DNA of 64,000 nucleotides. It comes from an uncultured Melioribacter sp. (GTDB lineage Bacteria; Bacteroidota; Ignavibacteria; Kapaibacteriales; Kapaibacteriaceae). Every line of letters begins with the position of its first letter. The first letter of the stretch is position 1. The translations under genes were made by a program, and so were the position numbers. The stretch is from NCBI GenBank assembly GCA_964393485.1, contig CAYMTW010000005.1, positions 27-64,026 on the forward strand, given 5' to 3'. Of this stretch, positions 57,871-64,000 are shown piece by piece. A model generated the notes under the pieces. It did no database searches. It was not told where the DNA came from and saw only the letters and a list, made by a program, of their open reading frames with translations.

Positions 57871-59079
57871 ATGATTGAGCAGCCCATTAGCGTTTCTGAA
57901 CTGACCCATGCCATCAAGGGACTCCTTGAAACTGGCATTGGCCAGGTGTCGGTTATCGGCGAGATCTCCAACTACAAGCATCACAGCTCGGGTCATCGAT
58001 ACTTCACACTCAAGGATGCCGACGCGCAGATCTCCGGTGTGATGTGGAAGACGCGTCAGCTGAAATTCGTCCCTGCCGACGGCATGCGCGTCGTGGTTCA
58101 TGGACGCCTGAGCGTGTTTGCTCCACAGGGCAAGTATCAGATCGACTGCATGTCAATGCAGCCCGAAGGTGTGGGTGATCTGCACCGTGCTTTCGAGCAG
58201 CTGCGCGAGAAGCTCTCCAACCTTGGGTACTTCGACTCGGGCCGGAAGCGCCCCCTGCCCCGCCCCGTGCGACGCGTTGGCATCGCCACATCGGCCACAG
58301 GCGCCGTGATCCGCGACATGCTCACCACGCTCCGCCGGCGATTTCCGGCCATGGAGGTCGTCTTCCGTCCAACGATCGTGCAAGGAGGAGAACAGGCCTC
58401 GCGCGATATCGCCCGAGCCATCAGCGAACTCAATGCTGAGGATGTGGACGTGGTCATCATCGGCCGCGGAGGGGGCTCGCTGGAAGACCTCTGGTGCTTC
58501 AATACAGAGATCGTTGCCGATGCTATTCTTGGCAGTCGTGCACCGGTGATCTCGGCCGTTGGTCATGAAACCGATGTGACGATATCCGACTTCGTGGCCG
58601 ACCTGCGAGCACCAACACCAACGGCAGCTGCCGAGCTTATCACGCCGGTAACAATGCAGGACCTGATCGAGGGCATCGAAGAGCTCCGCCAACGTATGAT
58701 CTCGGATGTGGGATCATCGATCGCTACCCTGAAGCAAATGGCCCTGGCCTTTGTTGATGGCCGCGCTGCGCGCCGTCTTGCAGAACGGGTCCACTTGCGT
58801 TCACAGCGGATCGACGAACTTACAACACGTACCAGTCGCGCCATGTTGCATAGCGTACACGTTCACCGCATGCGCATCGACCATATCGTTACGCTACTTT
58901 CGAGTCTGCATCCGCTGGCCCCCTTGCAACGGGGTTATGCCGTTCTGGAACGAGGCGGGCAGGTACTCAACGCCTCTGACCAGCTTCGTCCGGGCGAGGA
59001 GATCGACATCCGGCGCCAGCACGACGTCGTCAGGGCAACGGTCAATGAAACTCATTCCACCGACAATCACACCGGATAG
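57871..59079 (+). CDS. xseA: Exodeoxyribonuclease VII large subunit
   Basis: OB-fold N-terminus (VSELTHAIKGLLE...GEISNYK.HSSGHRYFTLKD) and the catalytic region GRGGGSLEDLW. Confidence 0.9.
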   Translation: MIEQPISVSELTHAIKGLLETGIGQVSVIGEISNYKHHSSGHRYFTLKDADAQISGVMWKTRQLKFVPADGMRVVVHGRLSVFAPQGKYQIDCMSMQPEGVGDLHRAFEQLREKLSNLGYFDSGRKRPLPRPVRRVGIATSATGAVIRDMLTTLRRRFPAMEVVFRPTIVQGGEQASRDIARAISELNAEDVDVVIIGRGGGSLEDLWCFNTEIVADAILGSRAPVISAVGHETDVTISDFVADLRAPTPTAAAELITPVTMQDLIEGIEELRQRMISDVGSSIATLKQMALAFVDGRAARRLAERVHLRSQRIDELTTRTSRAMLHSVHVHRMRIDHIVTLLSSLHPLAPLQRGYAVLERGGQVLNASDQLRPGEEIDIRRQHDVVRATVNETHSTDNHTG

Positions 59080-59083
59080 TAAT

Positions 59084-59296
59084 ATGGCTGCATCAAAGGA
59101 TACCGCACAACCGTCACTTGAGGCCCAACTCAAGCGCCTAGAAGAAATCGCTGCCCTCCTTGACCGCGGGGATGCACCGATCGACCAGCAGCTGAGTCTC
59201 TTCGAAGAAGGGATGAAACTTGCCGAATCCTGCCGAAGCTACCTTGAGAAGGCAGAACTGAAGATCCGCACCCTGGGGGGCGAGGACGTTCTCTAG
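59084..59296 (+). CDS. xseB: Exodeoxyribonuclease VII small subunit
   Basis: 70 aa from ATG 59084: LEAQLKRLEEIAALLDRGDAPIDQQLSLFEEGMKLAESCRSYLEKAELKI. Sits directly after xseA. Confidence 0.85.
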   Translation: MAASKDTAQPSLEAQLKRLEEIAALLDRGDAPIDQQLSLFEEGMKLAESCRSYLEKAELKIRTLGGEDVL

Positions 59297-59321
59297 GCGT
59301 GGTGATCGTGCGAGCAGAAGA

Positions 59322-60299
59322 TCACTCGTCTCGCGCTGGACGCATCATGAGCATCCGCACGGCCTGCTCAGCATCGGCGTTGTTCCAGAGGATATCAGCG
59401 ACGCGCTCGGTGATTGGAAGCTCCACACCAACGGCGGCAGCCAGCTCAAGCGCCGCCTGAGTCGTTGGAACTCCTTCGGCTATGGCCGACATGGTCTCAA
59501 GGATCTGTTCCAGCGTTTCGCCGCGTCCGATACGTTCTCCTACAGACCGGTTTCGTGAATGACGTGACGTACACGTCACAAACAAATCACCTAATCCTGC
59601 CAGACCGAAGAACGTTTGAGGATCAGCACCCAGGGCTACGCCAAGCCGGGTGATCTCAGCAAGCCCCCTGGTGATCAGAGCTGCCTTCGTGTTATCGCCC
59701 ATGCCAAGGCCGTCAACGATCCCAGCGGCGATAGCGATCACGTTCTTCAGGGCTCCACCGATCTCCACACCCACGACGTCCTCGCTGGCATAGACTCGAA
59801 AGGTTGGGCGCATCATTAGTCGCTGAATGTCGGCAACAACGTCCTTATCACGTCCGGCACAGACAACAGTCGTCGGCATTCCCCGGACAACTTCCTCGGC
59901 ATGACTTGGACCAGATAGTACGACGTAGGATCTCGTTGAGGGGGCAACATGCTCGACCACTTCGGAAACGCGCAGGTGCGTGCCGCGCTCGATACCCTTT
60001 GCAAGGTTGACCACCACGGCTCCGCGGCAAAGGTCATCTGTCAGCGTTGATCGGACAAACTGCGTGGGCGTAGCGTTGATGATGACATCGAGGCCTGTCA
60101 GCTCAGCAACCTCCGAGGTGGCCCGCACCGAGTCGGCAAGCTCTGCACCAGGCAGAAAACGTTCGTTTGTATGCCGGGAATTGATCTCATCGACAACCGC
60201 CGCTTCTCGGGCCCAGAGCAGCACCGACGGACAGTTTTGCGAGACCACATGTGCGATCGCCGTGCCCCAGGCACCGGCACCGAGGATGCCGACCGTCAT
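59322..60299 (-). CDS. gpsA: NAD(P)H-dependent glycerol-3-phosphate dehydrogenase
   Basis: GAGAWGTA Rossmann loop, GALKNVIAIAAGI and a GpsA C-terminal domain. Confidence 0.9.
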   Translation of the reverse strand: MTVGILGAGAWGTAIAHVVSQNCPSVLLWAREAAVVDEINSRHTNERFLPGAELADSVRATSEVAELTGLDVIINATPTQFVRSTLTDDLCRGAVVVNLAKGIERGTHLRVSEVVEHVAPSTRSYVVLSGPSHAEEVVRGMPTTVVCAGRDKDVVADIQRLMMRPTFRVYASEDVVGVEIGGALKNVIAIAAGIVDGLGMGDNTKAALITRGLAEITRLGVALGADPQTFFGLAGLGDLFVTCTSRHSRNRSVGERIGRGETLEQILETMSAIAEGVPTTQAALELAAAVGVELPITERVADILWNNADAEQAVRMLMMRPARDE

Positions 60300-60988
60300 G
60301 AATGTTCGTGTTTGCGACGAAGGATCATAAGTCGCGGGAATCGATGCTCGGTACCCTCACGTAATCGCTGCAGATTGGACCGGTGAGCGTAGAGTACCAT
60401 GAGCGACAGAGCAATAAGGAAACAGATCAGTGTCAGATAGCCATCGATCTCAATATTGAGAACATTCCGTCGGATGAACATGGTTATGGGGATCACCACC
60501 GCCGCGACCATTGAGCCCAGCGAGACGTATCCAAAAAATCCGATCAACAGAAGGAATACCCCCGCGGCAATCGCAAGTTCTACAGGCGCTACGGCGATGA
60601 GCATACCCATCGATGTGTTGATGCCCTTTCCTCCACGGAATCCGGCAAAGACGCTCCACATGTGTCCGATAACAGCCGTCACACCGGCGATCAGGCGGAC
60701 CACGGTAGAATCTTCGAACGGCGTGTGGTTCTCAAACGGCATCTGCGTGTCGAAGAACGAGGCCACGAGCAGCACTGGAACGAGCCCCTTGGCAATATCC
60801 AGGATCTGCACAGCCAGGCCGGGCTTCCAGCCCAGGTTTCTGAACACGTTTGTGCTGCCGAGGTTGCCGCTACCAAGTGTGCGGACGTCCACGCCATAAA
60901 ACACGCGTCCAATGATTAGTGCAAATGGTATGGCACCGATCAGATAACTCTGAACGATGATGATCACCAATCGCAGCAGTGGGTCCAT
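60296..60988 (-). CDS. plsY: Glycerol-3-phosphate acyltransferase PlsY
   Basis: SYLIGAIPFALIIGR, GSGNLGSTNVFR and GGKGINT motifs. ATGA overlap with gpsA. Confidence 0.9.
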   Translation of the reverse strand: MDPLLRLVIIIVQSYLIGAIPFALIIGRVFYGVDVRTLGSGNLGSTNVFRNLGWKPGLAVQILDIAKGLVPVLLVASFFDTQMPFENHTPFEDSTVVRLIAGVTAVIGHMWSVFAGFRGGKGINTSMGMLIAVAPVELAIAAGVFLLLIGFFGYVSLGSMVAAVVIPITMFIRRNVLNIEIDGYLTLICFLIALSLMVLYAHRSNLQRLREGTEHRFPRLMILRRKHEHS

Positions 60989-61130
60989 GCGGCAGATCCT
61001 TCAAAAACGACTGGGCCAAAATACGCACTGCGTCGAACATCACGACACCTCAGTCAAAGCCCAATCCGTACCATAGAGTGCAAAGAAATTCGTCTATGCG
61101 CGTCGTTTCACTACCACCGCAGCACGACAA

Positions 61131-62477
61131 ATGGCAGAAGAGATTCGAATTGCAACCCGCAAGCGCCTCGAAGAGATCGAACGCGAGCTTTCTGATCTGC
61201 GAACCCAACATGCTTCCCTGAAGGCTCGCTGGGAACTGGAGAAGCAGCACATCCAGTCGATCCGCTCGATCAAGGCCGAAATCGAGGATGTGAAAGTTCG
61301 TGCCGCCGATGCCGAGCGTGAGGGTGACTACGGCACAGTAGCAGAACTCCGCTATGGTAGGATCATGGAACTTGAGAAGTCTCTTGTCAGTGCCAACGCC
61401 GAGCTGGCTTCGGTGCAAACTGACGAGGCACTGCTCAAGGAGGAGATCGACGATACAGACATTGCCGACGTGGTTGCCAAATGGACCGGGATTCCGGTCA
61501 GCCGCATGCTCGAGTCCGAGCGTACCAAGCTGCTAACCATGGAGCAGCGTCTGCATGAGCGTGTCATCGGTCAACATGAAGCCGTCGTGGCTGTGTCAAA
61601 TGCCATCCGACGCTCACGGGCTGGACTTCAGGACGCCAAACGTCCGATCGGATCGTTTGTGTTTCTCGGTTCAACAGGCGTCGGAAAGACCGAGATGGCC
61701 CGCGCTCTGGCCGAGTTTCTCTTCGATGACGAGGGATCGCTTGTGCGCATCGACATGAGCGAATACATGGAAAAGCACTCCGTGGCCCGACTCATCGGCG
61801 CTCCGCCAGGCTACGTCGGCTACGAAGAAGGTGGTCAGCTGACCGAAGCCGTGCGACGTCGCCCATACTCGGTCGTACTCCTTGATGAGATTGAGAAAGC
61901 CCACCCGGATGTGTTCAACGTCCTGCTTCAAGTCCTTGATGATGGGCGTCTTACCGACGGTCAGGGACGCGAAGTGGACTTCAAGAACGCCATCATCATC
62001 ATGACCTCAAACCTCGGCTCGGAGCTCATGCAGGAGCGATTACTGGAAGTAACAGAGGACAACCGCGACGAACTCACGGCGCGCATGCGCTTGGAGATCG
62101 TGGACCTCTTGAAGAGGCGACTCCGGCCAGAGTTTCTTAACCGTATCGACGAGATCATTCTCTTCAAACCCCTTATTCCGTCCGAAGTTCAACGCATCGC
62201 GGAATTGCAGATCGCCGATGTAGCTTCACGTCTCAAGGGGCTGGGCATTGACCTCGTAGTCACTCAGGAATGCATGGACTGGCTTGGTAAACGGGGCTAT
62301 GATGTTCAACTCGGAGCCCGACCGCTAAAGCGAGTAATACAGCGATACGTGACCGATCCTCTTGCTTTGCACGTCCTTGGTGCGGATGTTCGTGCCGGTG
62401 ACACCGTTACGGTTGATGCCGATGAAGCCGGTCGGATCGCATTTAACGTTGTCACTGCACACCAGGAACATTCCTAG
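61131..62477 (+). CDS. ClpB-family AAA+ protein, C-terminal half only (distal M-domain coiled coil, NBD2 and C-terminal small domain); truncated gene or stand-alone half
   Basis: Collinear with E. coli ClpB from roughly residue 430 to the end (VAKWTGIPVSRMLESER, RVIGQHEAV, Walker A GSTGVGKT, VVLLDEIEKAHPDVFNVLLQVLDDGRLTDGQGR, GARPLKR). An in-frame stop at 61074-61076 prevents any 5' extension. No Shine-Dalgarno. The upstream neighbour is divergent plsY. Confidence 0.7.
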   Translation: MAEEIRIATRKRLEEIERELSDLRTQHASLKARWELEKQHIQSIRSIKAEIEDVKVRAADAEREGDYGTVAELRYGRIMELEKSLVSANAELASVQTDEALLKEEIDDTDIADVVAKWTGIPVSRMLESERTKLLTMEQRLHERVIGQHEAVVAVSNAIRRSRAGLQDAKRPIGSFVFLGSTGVGKTEMARALAEFLFDDEGSLVRIDMSEYMEKHSVARLIGAPPGYVGYEEGGQLTEAVRRRPYSVVLLDEIEKAHPDVFNVLLQVLDDGRLTDGQGREVDFKNAIIIMTSNLGSELMQERLLEVTEDNRDELTARMRLEIVDLLKRRLRPEFLNRIDEIILFKPLIPSEVQRIAELQIADVASRLKGLGIDLVVTQECMDWLGKRGYDVQLGARPLKRVIQRYVTDPLALHVLGADVRAGDTVTVDADEAGRIAFNVVTAHQEHS

Positions 62478-62485
62478 CGGACATT

Positions 62486-64000
62486 ATGAACCCCATCGTT
62501 TTCCTGCTGACGATCCTCGTCGCATCCACGGCCGGTATCGCTCAGGACATCTCCACCGGACCCGGACTACCGCGTTCGGAGTCACGTAGTTCATTCATGC
62601 GCGGCATGCAGACCGATTCATCCATCCAGCCTGTTCGGCTTCGCGTGATGGGCATTGACGAATCGGAGGCCGGCCAGGTAACGGCATCGGTGATCGCTCT
62701 GGATGCGGAAGGCAATCTGCTACCGATCTCGCTTGACAGGATCCCGCTGACAGCCGAAGTTGCCTGCCGTGGAACCTCTCCGTCACAGTTCTCTGTGCGA
62801 ATGCTGCAAGCAGCCCGCGCCGATGAAAAACCGGCGTCGGTGAGTCTCTTCGTGATGTGCGACAACTCAATGCTCTCCGGCACGCTAACGCGTGACGTGG
62901 CCCTGAGTCTGCAACGCAGTCTGACAGATATGGCAGAAGGGGACCTCATCGGTCTTGGTGTGTATAACCAGTCCTTTACAACCGTTCTCCCCCTTGGTCC
63001 AGCCTCGGACCTGAACAATGCCTTCAAGATCGAAGATATCCCTTCAGCCGACGGACTCTCGTCGTTGTACGGGGCCACCCAGAATGCCTGCCGAATTCTG
63101 GCCTCTGCCGCAGAGCGCCGTGCCCTTGTGATCGTTACGTCTTCCACCGATAATGCCACGCCATTCAGCACAACAATGGATGTTGTGCGCCTGGCGCGTG
63201 ATGCAAAGATCCCAGTGTTCGTCATTCGCGTGGGACTTGATGCGGCCGGCCAGCCCCTTCGCTACGTCACCTCCACCACCGGTGGACGGATCTACACACT
63301 TGAGCAGGACGAGACCAATGCCGTGGGAGAGATCGTTCGTGAGATCCTCTATTCTCAAAAGTGGTCCACACGGGTAGCCGTAATGGCCGACGTGCAGGAT
63401 TTCGTCAACTGCGAGACGCCATGGCTTCGCCTGCGTCTTGAAAGCGAATCTGCAGCGGTTCCAATCATGGACTCGATCTCACTGACGCCCCTTGACATAT
63501 CGATTGAAACGTCTCCGTCGGTCGTAGCTCTCTTCCGCGACACCACTGATACCGATCTGCGGGATTATTATCAGTCACTGCTGGTGATCAGTGAAGTGCT
63601 TTCGCAGAACCCTGCCATGAGTATTGAGCTCACGGGCCACGTTAGCAGCGATGTTGGCCGTAACAGTGAAGCCCGGGCCCTCGAACGCGCTCGTCAGGTT
63701 CGGTCCTTTCTGATCGCCAATGGCGTCATCGCATCGCAGATCATCGTCCGATCAGAAGGAAGTCGCAAACCGCGGTACTACTTCCAAAACGATGGCACCC
63801 GTCGACTGCTGAATAACAGAGTCGAGGCCCGCATGCTCGTTGATGGCAAGTCGAATCACACGATCACAGTCGAGCAAGTAGCTGACGAGCAGACGGCAAT
63901 GCTGCGTTTGAAACTCTGGAAAGACCGCAAGCTCAATGCCTACTTCGAGCCGGTACTAGAAGCAGGTGAAACTCGCTACCGGATCAAGTTATGGGGCTTT
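62486..64000 (+). CDS. Secreted multidomain protein (partial, runs off the window end): vWA-like domain with degenerate MIDAS, OmpA-like peptidoglycan-binding domain, probable SPOR-like start
   Basis: Not in the ORF track because it has no stop in the window. My translation from ATG 62486: MNPIVFLLTILVASTAGIAQ..., SLFVMCDNSMLSG...ALVIVTSSTDN...IPVFVIRVG (vWA-like), IELTGHVSSDVGRNSEARALERARQVRSFLIANGV...RSEGSRKP (OmpA-like), and ending ...TRYRIKLWGF. Confidence 0.6.
   Translation, partial: MNPIVFLLTILVASTAGIAQDISTGPGLPRSESRSSFMRGMQTDSSIQPVRLRVMGIDESEAGQVTASVIALDAEGNLLPISLDRIPLTAEVACRGTSPSQFSVRMLQAARADEKPASVSLFVMCDNSMLSGTLTRDVALSLQRSLTDMAEGDLIGLGVYNQSFTTVLPLGPASDLNNAFKIEDIPSADGLSSLYGATQNACRILASAAERRALVIVTSSTDNATPFSTTMDVVRLARDAKIPVFVIRVGLDAAGQPLRYVTSTTGGRIYTLEQDETNAVGEIVREILYSQKWSTRVAVMADVQDFVNCETPWLRLRLESESAAVPIMDSISLTPLDISIETSPSVVALFRDTTDTDLRDYYQSLLVISEVLSQNPAMSIELTGHVSSDVGRNSEARALERARQVRSFLIANGVIASQIIVRSEGSRKPRYYFQNDGTRRLLNNRVEARMLVDGKSNHTITVEQVADEQTAMLRLKLWKDRKLNAYFEPVLEAGETRYRIKLWGF

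Noticed and set aside
1-64000. CRISPR arrays, rRNA genes, transposases/IS elements, prophage or toxin-antitoxin/defence loci
   Set aside because: I looked for regularly spaced direct repeats, long non-coding stretches, and DDE/integrase/RT/nuclease-type ORFs. Intergenic space is minimal (the longest gap is 214 bp), and every sizeable ORF is accounted for by housekeeping or envelope functions.

Overview
Compact, almost entirely coding chromosomal segment of about 52 CDS and one tRNA-Ser(GGA). I found no rRNA, CRISPR array, transposase, phage genes or obvious defence island. Hand-sampled GC is roughly 55-60%. Five ORFs end in type-A T9SS (Por) C-terminal sorting domains and there is a GWxTD protein. 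Together with a CrtC/CruC-like carotenoid pair, this points to the FCB superphylum, probably an Ignavibacteria/Kapabacteria/Chlorobi-like lineage; that placement is an inference. Genes are tightly packed, with many 4-nt ATGA/GTGA start-stop overlaps. Most are housekeeping: rsmE, ksgA, xerD, hflX, recN, dapF, argS, rsfS, mutL, ruvX, ispF, xseAB, gpsA, plsY, fbaB, CBS and Kdo transferase. The accessory content is three giant secreted proteins of 1335-1587 aa. Two of them are divergent paralogs sharing an IgGFc-binding-like N-terminal domain. One of those sits in a tight operon between an OstA/LptA-like periplasmic protein and a small outer-membrane beta-barrel. The observations I rate highest: (1) an intact ORF that encodes only the C-terminal half of ClpB (part of the M-domain plus NBD2), with no NBD1 anywhere nearby; (2) a fusion of DUF4505/UPF0598 to a PaaI/Them4-type hotdog thioesterase; (3) the OstA-like / giant cargo / beta-barrel module, plus a compositionally deviant (AT- and Lys-rich) paralog; (4) a divergent crtC / GT2 (CruC/CrtQ-like) / small Cys-membrane-protein cluster. 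Several ORF-track entries are over-extended at the 5' end, and I re-called those starts. Two CDS are absent from the track: a 54-aa membrane ORF, and a 505-codon ORF running off the 3' end. All functional calls come from reading motifs by eye, with no database search.
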